Below are positions 38,401 to 64,000 of a stretch of DNA of 64,000 nucleotides, in pieces. Origin of the DNA: Bugula neritina (taxonomy: Eukaryota; Animalia; Bryozoa); contig OZ037768.1 in the NCBI GenBank assembly GCA_964035545.1, positions 2,760,741 through 2,824,740 on the forward strand, in the 5' to 3' direction. The translations under genes were made by a program, and so were the position numbers. Each line of letters opens with the position of its first letter. The first letter of the stretch is position 1. Under the pieces are notes generated by a model. It saw only the letters and a list, made by a program, of their open reading frames with translations. It made no database searches and had not been told where the DNA came from.

Positions 38401-39860
38401 TACTTTTTTCTGGAACTTATTACTGTTAAAGTTCTGTTTTAAATAGCAAATGCTTTAATGGTGTAAGTCATATAAAGCAAACAAAATAAATATAAAATAA
38501 GCGACCTGCATAGGCAAACCTAAACAAAGACAAACGACTTCTTTGTGCCTGATATTTCACATATAATGATATATGGTCTCAGAAAACATACAAAACCTAA
38601 ATAAAAAAGAGAAAAATTCTATACTTTGAAACACTGATGAAATAGACCAAGTACAGTACCTCTGACCCCGTAGCTGCCTCCATATCTAGGAAGAGGTCAA
38701 CCAATGCCTTGACTAGCTTAGCTGCCTTTGCTTTGCTGATCATACTCAGGAACGAACGTGAGAATTTGATGAGCTCAGCAAGGGAAGTAGCTTTGTCATG
38801 TTTAGAATAGAGTTGGCCAAGGTCCATTATGGCTTGTTCCTTACACCTAGTTCCTGCTTCATCATTTTCATAATCTTTTTTCACTAAACAAATAGGAAAT
38901 ACGTTATATCGAAATGTAAATAAAAGTGCTCAAGTAATTCTGAATGCATAAAAATTGTAAATCTAAAATTTATAAATAAAAACATTTGGAGGTGGTACTC
39001 TGATAGTTCCATCTTAATTAGTATACATCAAGCACAGTTAAAATATTACACAAGGTATCACATCAGGAGTGATGCAACATATAACATGTTAATCTCTTTT
39101 ATTTAAATTAAATTTATTGAGCAAACAATATAATAGCTCAACAGCAACACAATTGTACTTTATTAGTTTATAATCTAGCCACACATAGAAATATTTTAAA
39201 TATATGATTTTATTTACATTATTTTTCAATGCTTACTAAAACTAACTTATTCAAACTCTTACTATGCATACAAAATAGTATAGTAATACAAGTAACATAG
39301 GTATAAATTAGATTAATAGTAAACTTACGCTTGGCAAAGCCAAAAGTCAAAACAGATTGTGACAGTCACACTTTGACTTTGACTTACAATTTAATTAGTA
39401 TCATAAACATAATCATAGTTATAGTAAGCCTGACAGTATTAGCCATAGTGATAGTGATAGTAAAAAAAGTTTAAAATAAATAAACTAAATTACTTCAACT
39501 TGTAGTTCAAGTTGTACTACTACTAGTTGAACTTTATATTGATGATTATTTGATCATGATGGCGACTATGAGTAAAATTAAATGTAATCAACAAAAACTA
39601 GCTATCATATTGATTCTTAAAACTACCATATTGGCAACACTTTAAATTGTTAATGTAATTTTTGATCACTGTTCAGGTCTTCTGACTTTTAAATCTTGAG
39701 AAATTGGAAGTTCAATTACATTTATTTACTTTTAGTTTTACTGAGCTAGTATGAAATTTTAAGTTTTACCTAGGGTTTCTAGCATCACTATTGCTTGTTC
39801 AGGATTTAGAAGAGACGCTGAAGAGGCTTTTTCAAGTACTTCGTTAGGATCAGGTTCCAT
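35460..39860 (-). CDS. PSMD11: 26S proteasome non-ATPase regulatory subunit 11 (Rpn6)
   Basis: Nine exons from 39860-39770 to ~35655-35460: [103 protein letters not shown]. Confidence 0.97.
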
Positions 39861-40680
39861 TTTGAATGTTTCAAATTATCTATAATAAAAACGTATAATG
39901 ATCAATATTAACGTAATCAATAAGTATAACTGTAATGTGAAAACTAAAAAACTAATATACTTTTAGTTTTAGTGAACAACAAAATTAAAATGAATGATAA
40001 AGCCTGTCGCTCAATTTTGCTTTTTATGTTTTTACGAAACCGGGCTAATAGTATTTGAAACAAATCGAAGATAGCCCGTTGATAGGATAAAGTTGCTTAA
40101 AAACTGTGCTAACAATCAGCTGAGCCAACTATTTACACTTTTAATGCAGAAAAGCGCATATATGACTCGACTCAGTTTTAGCAGAGCGGTTACTAATACC
40201 TCAGGCTCAGTGAAGAAGTGCTAAGTTGGCTCTGCAGGTGTAAAGACAGAAGTTCAAGTGAGTTTCAACTCAAACTGTAAGCGGCTCAGCCAGTCAGTGT
40301 TTTAGTTTATGCTCAACCTCATAAATTGAAATCGCACCCTGTGTTTTTAACAAATTTCAATAGGAAAGATACATTAAAAACTAAAAAGGAAGTTTTTATG
40401 ACAGACAATCACAATGACATACTCAATCATACTGATAGTGATACTCATACTCATAGTCTAAGTCATACTGATACTCATACTCATACTCATATTGATACTC
40501 ATTGATAATGATTGATTGATTAGCTGTCCGACGGTGACTGATACTGATACTGACGGATACTGATAGTGATACTCATACTGATAGTGATAGTGAAGCTAAA
40601 TTTGATACTGATATTCATATTCATATTGATATTGATATTGAATTTGATTGTCATAGTCATATTTAATAATTTATACTTAT

Positions 40681-40854
40681 AGTTATAGTGATACTCAGCT
40701 TGATTATATTAATATTCTATCGACATAGGCTGATGGGACGAGTACTACTACTACCACTAGTATTACTGCTAGTACTAGTACTAGTAGTAGTACAAGCCCC
40801 ATCAGCCTATGTCGATAGAATATTAATATAATCAAGCTGAGTATCACTATAACT
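40681..40854. repeat. Perfect 57-bp inverted repeat (hairpin) with a 60-nt partly self-complementary spacer
   Basis: 40681-40737 is the exact reverse complement of 40798-40854. Confidence 0.95.
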
Positions 40855-42559
40855 GGTACTAGTAACATTATCACTAACATTAATTTAATCATCAGTATGA
40901 GTATCAGTATGACTGTGAGTATCAAATAGTTATCACAAAATGTAAATGTGCAAGTTAAATGTCTCATTTAATTTTATGACTTAAAACAGTGTCAGTGTGC
41001 TACACTTGTAGGTATGACAGTGAATCAGAATGTTGCTAATTTGTTGTTACTTACTTTTACAGGTATTTAATTTTGTTTTATTTATACTTTTGTCTTATAC
41101 TTATAGTTATAGTTATGGTTACTAATAGTAATAGTAATACTAATATAAATTTTCAAATTATAACTTATAAGTATTAGTTATACTAAGTCTAAAAGTAATA
41201 CTTATACTTATAATTATATTTATTATTTATACTATTTTATTACTATGTTTATAGTATAGACTATAGTAATACTAATAGTTGAACTAAAACTTGAAGTTAA
41301 TGTTTTTGTTGTAGTATTAGTAATAATATTAGATTTAGTATAACTATAACTTATAAGTATTAGTATTACTATAATTTACATGATTTACTCAAAGTAAATA
41401 TGTAGGAGTAAAAATGGTGTTGTTTATGCATAGCTTAAGTGCAAAATAAATTTAAATCTTCCAAGGTTACATTTGAGATACTGCATTAGGTAATGAATTA
41501 TGGTTTTTCTGTAGCTGTGAAACTTTATAAGATATTTATGTTGATTTTTCTAATGGGATGTGAAGCAGTTGTTTTCTATAGTAGATCAGGTAATGGAATT
41601 TACACAGGTCTCAAAATTACTAAAGTGCAGTGTTTACTTTCTGAAAACAATACCCCGCATTTGTATATCTGAGTGTTTTTTTGGACCAGATTCAAATTGA
41701 AAAATATATGAGTGAATTTGTTAGGTCTAAGATGTACATGGATATAGCCTTACTTCCATGCTTATGCTTTGATTTACTGACTATTGTGTGAACTGGAGGC
41801 TAATCACTGCTACTCATAGGGTGAAAAATTAAATGTCTTGAAACGACGAAGTCAAACTTTGGTTGAATGTTGGCAATTATTTAACAAGTTTGGCCTGCTA
41901 TGATATTCTTATTGTAATACGAGTAATATAGTCAAAATAAGGAGACATTTATTTAACTAAATTTATTTTTCTGAAGGGAATTTTTCCTGTAGCCTAACCT
42001 ACATATCTAATTTATTTAAATCTTTGGATTTTATGAAAAACAATAATTGATTTCAGTTTTTAGTTCATATACTTATCAAAACTCATGGTCTATATATGTG
42101 ATACTTTAAGTCTCTTTTCTTCCAGCTATAAAATCTTTATTGGCTATAAAATCTATGCTCACATTATATAACTTTTACTATATAGACATACTGTATACTT
42201 ACACAATGTATATATAATATAAGTTGTATAACATTGAACCAGCATACAATAATACCAAATTGCAGCTATACCTGCAGGGGGTATGCATGCTTCATCCGTG
42301 TGACTACCATTGCTGTGACATCACACGACAACTGACAATTCAACAAGATACTTATGTTAGGTGACCTCTATTCATGTTTCAATGACATTCTATGACCTCA
42401 TTGCCTCATCAAATAAATACTTCAACTTTTATGATATGCAATTTATATTGTTGCCAAATACTGCATTTTTGCACAAGTTTTTATCTGTTGTAGTTTGGAT
42501 AATTCTAATGAATGATATCTCAATTGGATAGTTTAGATATCATTATGATTGATTGAAGA

Positions 42560-45500
42560 ATGAATAAAGGAACTATTTTTGATATCCACGAAGCATTTAA
42601 GGTAATCCAAACATTCATAATAGCTCTATGTGATAGGTTTTGTGCTGCATTGTGGTGTTGAATTGTGTTTTGTTTTTATGAAGCTATCAATTTTGCTTGT
42701 TTCCTTTAAAGATATATAGATGTTCTTTGTAAAATATAATAAATTATTGATTTCTGTAAAATGAAACACTTGCCTAAAAATTTATAAAATGTGATTTTTT
42801 GTTACATTTGTGTATTGAACTTGAGAATATAATGCATTCATTTTGTTAGAGACCAGTTTCACCCGAGATGATTTCTTGGCGTGTGTGCAGTGTCATTGGC
42901 CATCATCATAATTATTTTCCACTCTTATCACTGATAGCACAAATACTGTATAGGGGTGAAGGGATTGTAGTTACTGATGTATAATAATTGTGGGGTTGTA
43001 GTTAACTGCATGTGGCGTGTCATCAGCCCAGTCGACGTGGCCCAGAGTCAGCGTGTCAAATACTGGACTCACTTGTGTTATTCACAATGATGAGAAAAGC
43101 GAATCTGTGGAATCAATGCACTCCAGTAGTAGCAGCAGGCAAGATTCCAAGGCCACCAGGGTTAGTCTGCGTGTTGACTTGTAAAATAATTATTATTATG
43201 TCTATCAGCTTGACCTCCTGAACTCTACTATGTAGTTTCTTTCTTTCATTCACATTCTTGTTATCCAACACTCTTCACTGTCTTTTTTAAATAAACCTTT
43301 TCATCAACTTTGAAGTTCTTTAATAGATGGTGAAGATAGAGTGATTGAGGTGAAATACTGATGGTATCTATATACATAACATTTATACACTATATAAATA
43401 ACACATGTTATGTAATGTATACCTGCACATGTTATGTAATGTATACCTGCAGGTTACAATCATCACTGATGAAGGGAAAATCATATCCAGAAGTAAAACT
43501 GTAGCTGAGTCAGCCAAGGTTCATCCCACTAAGCCCATTATAGCTTTGAAAGGTATTTGTTGCCAGTAGCCCTCTAGTACTGCTCTTATAGGAGGGGGGG
43601 GGGTACACACACCAGCCCCTCTAGTACTACTCTTATACAGTAGGTACAAAGGTATTATGCTGGCAGCCTAATTAGCTGTATAAAAATATTACTTTGATAG
43701 GAGGTAAGCTTTACTGATCTTGATAACCTGCAGTGTGCGCACACCGAGCCTACTGGTGGAATATTAAGATTATTTTTTCTATGTGCAGGTTTAAATGTGA
43801 TGTAGTTATACACCCTAACATTCAGCATAGAGAATAGTTATTTTACAAACATGTGTCTGAGGCACGTAGCTAGAATCAACACTTGCTGGTCACACTACTA
43901 CTCCGTATGAGTCAGGAGCTTGAATACTGAAATGTGTTGCTGACACACACGCGCTGCCAACAGTTGGGCAGCGTTATAGCAGTGACATTATTGTGGTGTG
44001 CTGTCGGCTTACCAGTTAACTGGTCATTCTCCCTTCGCTGTTTGTGCGCTTGTTTCACACTCCAAAAAATCTTTTATGATAGCATATATTCTAGCAGACA
44101 TTTCAGTAGCTTCCAATAACAAATTTCAACTTCAAAACAATTTTTTTTTCAGCGCATAGCGTGTTCCAAGTTTACAACTTTGAGTCAAAGAATTTGCTGA
44201 ATGAGTTGGACATGGTGCACGATGTCTTATTCTGGAAGTGGACGAACGAAGACACTATTATACTGGTTACAGAGGCCAGCATCTTCCAGTGGATGGTGTT
44301 TACAGGTTAGCTTGGCTTATATCCTCTTTCTAGAACTTTCTGGTAGCATCTGGTAGACAACATCTGGTAGACAGCATCCACCAGGCGTGAGGTAGTCGTC
44401 TGGATGAAGTGAGGTGTTGGTGTAACTGCCGATGAACTTCAGTTGACCTTATGCAATAATAGTATAGACTCCACTCCTACATGCCTTTCAAATTTTCCAA
44501 CAACTACATGTGTCTATACTGGGTATCTGTGACTGGTTGCTACCAGGGGGAGATGCTGTGATGACTCATAATGTGGAGTATATATCTCTGTATGAAATGA
44601 TGACTACCAGTATTACGGTGGATTTTATGTCTAACAATCATATCGAATGTAACTTTTACTTAGCATTGGCTGATGCTTCTGGTACACTTCTATCCCACAA
44701 TACTGCCACAGGATGCAGTGATGTTGCATTGAACTTCAGAGCTTATTTATTTGATTGATTTTCAATTATTTCTGTCAGTGTGAGACTATATGCCGCTTTC
44801 AGTTACTGAAACATGAGTGTGCTTACAGTGTTATATAAAATAGCGCATTTACCCAGGATTTAGGTTGTAGCAGTGGATCGGCAATTAATAAGGAATTTTC
44901 ATCCCTTCCAACAAACGGTGCCTCACAGTATATCACACAATATAAGAAAGGGTGTATCATATACTAGTGTAGTATATTATATACTAGTATAGTGTATCAT
45001 ATACTAGTGTAGTGTATCATCAACCATCGTTGGGTTTTCTCAGAGAGAAGTGAGGCGGAGTTTATCTGTCATCGTCTTCCACGACTGAATTGCACAGAAG
45101 TTGTGAACTGTGCTATAGACGATAACCACAGGTGGTACACTGTTACAGGACTTCTTGATCATGGAAAGGTAAATCATGATTTTCTTGCTTTTGTCTAGAC
45201 TCTAGTCTAATAGCAATTCTCTGTATGGTATGATATGCAAGAACTATAACTGCACTAGCCAAAGTAATGTGCTATGATGTGGTAATATATAGTAATGTGC
45301 TGTGATGTGGTAATATATAGTAATGTGCTATGATGTGGTAATATATAGTAATTTTCACCTTCAAATGGTTGAGATTTACTTGTCCAATGCTTTCAGCTAG
45401 TTTTATTTGACACCAGACATTGCAACCAAATGTTGCCAAGAGTGATTCTATAACTTTGCCAAAATAACGTATATTGTAAGTCGCAAGACAATAGCTCTGT

Positions 45501-47556
45501 GATAGAGAGTTTCTAGAAAGTTCATAAAACTTATCAGGATGTTTATCTGCTGGCATAGCGATGATTCACTCAATAGAACAGATCATTTCCTTGTCTTAGT
45601 AACAGTTGACAATAATTTAGTGACAATAAAAGTATGCTATTGTTCTGATTTCAAATATTTGTTATATTCATTTACTAAGCACTATCACACAACTCAGAGG
45701 GCATTGATACTTTGAAGTGTGTACCTGTGCAAACTTTAAGCACATGTTAGTGTTTTTATGCATAAGATTATATCTTTTCATGTTCGCATATGCAAATACA
45801 TGCTGTAGGTTTTTTTTGCTTGGAGCAAACAGTGCCCACCTGTAAACTATACCCCCAGTACTACAGCAAGGTTAAAGGTGAATCTCACGACTTAAAACCA
45901 GAAGATAGTAATTATTTAGCTGACTTTCTTGTTCTGGAACATATACTTCTACCAGTCTAGTTTATTTGTGTTTAGGACTCAGTGATAGAGGGCGTCACTC
46001 AGGTCTATTCTGCAGAGTATGGCGTGGCTCAGTGCATAGAGGCTCATGCAGTTACCTTTGTCACCCATCGGTTTGCTGACTCCATACATGAGTCTGTCAT
46101 CTTATGCGCTGCCTCCAGGCAGCTTCATTCTCCTCACCTCACTGGCAAGGTAAGTAAGCTAGTACAATAGTTCGGGTCTCAGTGAACCCGCCCCCCTCTT
46201 GTATTTAGTAGTAATGCTTATATTGCGATGACTGCTAAGTTGAGGCTTCAACCAAAATTCTTCCAGATAAGGTTGCGCCTACTCATCTATTTTAAGAGTT
46301 TCCTTCTCAATGTTTGCAACTTTGTTGTAAGTTAGCTTGTTCAAACAGTGGTTCAGCTAATCAGCTAGTCAAAGAAGTTTCATGTTGGGATATAGAATGA
46401 TTTTATGGGACTTTTTATTGCCCTGTTGGCAAAATGTCCATAAACTTAGATTACTAAACAATTTTACACCTTTGACTAATACATTTCTTTACATAAAAAT
46501 ATTTTATGCTAGAATACATGTTTTCAACATGTATGCCATGACATATGAAGTTTTTATATCAGTTGTTAGAATATGACATAGTATGCTTGCCAGATATTTA
46601 AATGGTGGCAGATATGATCTATTGCTGTTCTTGGTTGATGTTACACGGCAGTAATTTTTATTCAAGTTTGAGATGTTTTTTCTAATTTCGATTTCATCTT
46701 ACCAACTAGTTTTCGAGGCAACTCCATAAATGCAATATTTCTCTAACTCAATACTGCTTTTAATCGACAGGTGCACTGTATTGAGTTTGCCTCGGCCGCC
46801 TACTCCCAAACTATCCCTCGACTAGCGTCTTCCGATTTGAAGTTTTCTCCCCAACAAGATGGTAGCCAAAGCGTTGACAGCGACAGTAGCCAAAAGGTGT
46901 CTTCTAACCATGGAATAGATTTCCCAGTGTGCATTCAGGTAGTCTGTGTGACATGTTTTAACCTAAAGTTTTTATTGGTAGTCAAAGAGCCAGGTTTCCA
47001 CCTTGTAGAAAAACTGTTTGTGTTACAGGCAGATACAAGTCACTGCGTGCTGTATATCATCACCAAGTTCGGTACTCTGTACATAGCTGAGCTGGAGTCT
47101 GCAGTCGTTCTATCTCAAACTCGGATCTGCTTTGATATTACTTTCTGTAGCAGTCTCAATTCTCTGTCTACCCTAACAGTAGTCAATAAAGCCGGTCAGG
47201 TGTGTATGTTCACCATGCTTATGCCTTATAGTGGTGCAGCGCTTGTAATGGTGCAATGCTTGTAGTGATGCAATGCTTGTAATGGTGCAGTGTTAGTAGT
47301 GCACGTGACTTCTGAAAATTGTTGAGGTTGCGACTGTTAGAAATGTTGATGGCACTCATAGACTGTATGTCCGAGTAGATTACTGGATGGAAGGTTGATA
47401 AAGCATTGCGGCTCTCTGATACAGGTGCTGAACATTTCTATAGACTGGCTGTATTTAATCAAATACGTGACCACAGTGCTGAACAGACCTGATCTTGCCC
47501 AGAGATTACAGAACAGCAGGGGAATGGAGAATGTCAACTTGTTACTAGATGGATAA
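42560..47556 (+). CDS. Stand-alone clathrin heavy chain N-terminal domain (7-bladed propeller + linker) paralogue, 407 aa
   Basis: Exons 42560-42601, 43002-43160, 43453-43552, 44153-44305, 45044-45168, 45976-46149, 46771-46938, 47029-47199 and 47425-47556 give 1224 nt with no internal stop. It aligns to CLTC residues ~1-365: [152 protein letters not shown] lies ~50 nt after the stop. Confidence 0.9.
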
Positions 47557-48321
47557 TCCATTAACTTTTAAATTATATTTTTTTATATTTTTGCTGCTCT
47601 TGTAGAATAAAGTAAAGACATTGTACATAGCGTTAATATTGTCAATATTTTTGTAAAAATTATGAATTGATGTTTTTTTCACAATTTATATTTATTATAA
47701 TATTTTTATGTAATCATGTATAATATTGACAATAAATATACCAGCCTAGAATTTCAAATAATTATAACTATGTAGATTCGGTACTGTTCAGACATAGAAT
47801 AGACCAGAATACAGTGATAATGGTAAAACATTTACTAGAAACTAGCTGAATTCCTGTTTAATGCATAATTATGTAAAAGTCTGCATTGGTTCTAAAAACA
47901 AAACAACCAAAGATAGCATTTATTCAACACCATGGGATAACATTGTTGGGTGTTAAATATAGAGGATAAGTACAACAATTGTTGGTTGGCTAATTCAATA
48001 AATGTAACCAAATGTGGACAAATTCTATGCTAACAATACTGTGTAGCAAAATAACTTACAACTACATTGTCCTTATGCTGTAATTATTGCAACCCATTAG
48101 ACACTCTACTTGGAGCTTATAACAATATAAACGTGATAATATAACGGAAAAATATGAATAATTAGTTTATGTAATAAACATTTGACACAATAATATGCTT
48201 TGGGAGGAAGGATGTTTAACGTCAGTGGCTGAAGCCCCCAAACCTACTGCTCAATTGGAATAGATATCAGTCTAATAGTGGAATCTAGTCAAGTCTAGTA
48301 TAATCGTGGTGGTGACTGTCT

Positions 48322-62408
<14,087 letters not shown>

Positions 62409-64000
62409 TTTTAATGGTGTGGTGGGCTGCACTGAAGATCAGCAGCACAGAATATCAAATAAATGAGATTAGGAAGAAAAATTGAAGAGACAACTAATCG
62501 CTAAAATGGCGTATACCGGAAGAATATGTTGGATGCTGTAAAACTGCGCAAAGATCTTTTTGGTGTTATCTTTTAACACCTGTGATATTTCAACTGTTTT
62601 AAATTGTTTAGTTGTTTTTGAAACAAAATTCAAATTTAAAAACGTAATATGATGCAAATAAATAAATAAATGTAAATTAATGTCGTGATGCGTAGTAATA
62701 ACTTATTGACCAATTTTTCTAATGTCAAGGACAGTCTTAGGGGCGTTACAAAGCTCATAAGGTAAATAAAGGTCATAAAACTAGGCATATAGCAAATCCA
62801 TGGATAGTGAGTTGGAAAGCCCAGACTGTTGGCTGATAAGACTATCGTATTATAGCTATTGGCCAAATTTGCAGTTGCAAAACATTAGATAACACCAGAA
62901 CATTGATATGATTTATATATAGGGACTAGCTGCCAATAAGCCCATACACTAAAAAGACAATGTACTTATACATACTTCAAGAAATTATAACCAAGTAAAA
63001 ATAACAGTGCACAGCCATTGAAAACTTTTATATGATGCCCTAAACCTCAACAATGATCAATGTTGCTCATAAATAAGCATTCCAATCACCATCAGTAACC
63101 ATATGAAAAATCTAGCAGTCAGAAAACGCACTACCTATTCAGCATCTCACAATGAAGACACATGAGACTTACAGATGAAGTAAAATAGTTACACTTACGG
63201 TTATGTAAAACCATATAGTAACAAGGAGAGATAACTCTGAAAAATTTACCAAGACTTTTATACACAATTTATTTATATTGGGAGATTACCCATAATAAGC
63301 TATGAACCTGGTATTCATAGAACCTAGCCTACAAAACTATGAATCACATTTAGTATGAATGGCAACACAATGTACATATAGTTGTAAACTCAAATTATGC
63401 AATGCACATAGTATATAGAAGGAATGCATTATTTTGTTAAAATTTCCACAATGCTTTCAACTCTAAAATTTCCTGCTTGCACTCATATGGCCTTGGAAGT
63501 TTTTAGACAAAACCTATTATTAAGAAAACAACTCCTTCTGCAAATGTTGAACTGTAACATAATTATGCTTATTATATATTCACACATTAGAATAATTTTT
63601 TTGAGCTTTCATGAGGAGATGAAAATATAGAATGAATATTGTGATGCAGACAACAAGTAGTACAATATTATGGCTAAAAATTATATCTATTGCAATAATT
63701 GCAAGGTATGTAATGTTATATGCAATTTCTATAATTATTTGTACAAGCAGCTATACACGGTTTAAACAATGCAGATCTACCAGTTTTTCTCAGTGTAGTG
63801 CTAGGTACATGCAGAGTTTTGAAAAAAAAATTGTTTTAAACTTAAGGAGTACCTAACTTATAAAAGCAATGAAAAAATATTGTAAAGCTTTTATGCGCAT
63901 CACATATAGCCTATATTGCATTTTAGTTCATCGTCATCTATAGAATGTGTAGTGGAATTTATAAAATAATTGGCATATACCAATATATATTCATTACTCT

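Noticed and set aside
40704-40967. 87-aa hydrophobic ORF (also 31922-32113)
   Set aside because: By-product of the 6-bp-periodic low-complexity tracts and the hairpin; no splice or homology support
42560-47556. Treating the clathrin-like exons as a pseudogene or mis-assembled copy of CLTC
   Set aside because: The sequence is far too diverged for an assembly duplicate, yet all nine exons are phase-compatible and stop-free with canonical splice sites
62900-64000. Short ORFs and a possible repeat element upstream of CLTC
   Set aside because: AT-rich, with no recognisable domain, TIR or TSD that I can support

Overview
AT-rich, intron-rich animal (invertebrate, probably lophotrochozoan; taxon is an inference) genomic DNA, so the ORF track shows mostly exon fragments. 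Splicing by hand at GT-AG sites gives nine protein-coding genes: (1) a partial alpha-type nicotinic acetylcholine receptor subunit (-, runs off the left edge); (2) an intronless BTB-BACK gene (-); (3) a highly divergent non-alpha Cys-loop receptor subunit (+); (4) a type II membrane BRICHOS protein with a furin site and a 115-aa, 13-Cys C-terminal product (+); (5) EMC4 (-); (6) neuroguidin NGDN (+); (7) PSMD11/Rpn6 (-); (8) an intact 407-aa gene encoding only a diverged clathrin heavy-chain N-terminal beta-propeller plus linker (+); and (9) full-length clathrin heavy chain CLTC (-), tail-to-tail with gene 8. The strongest candidate for an undescribed system is the stand-alone clathrin terminal-domain paralogue beside its parent gene. 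Also notable: the BRICHOS precursor; degenerate 6-bp-periodic (ANWNTN)n tracts flanking head-to-head promoters; minisatellites that multiply splice donors or a stop codon; two perfect hairpins; two MITEs; and a decayed Gypsy integrase fragment. All exon structures are manual predictions without transcript data.
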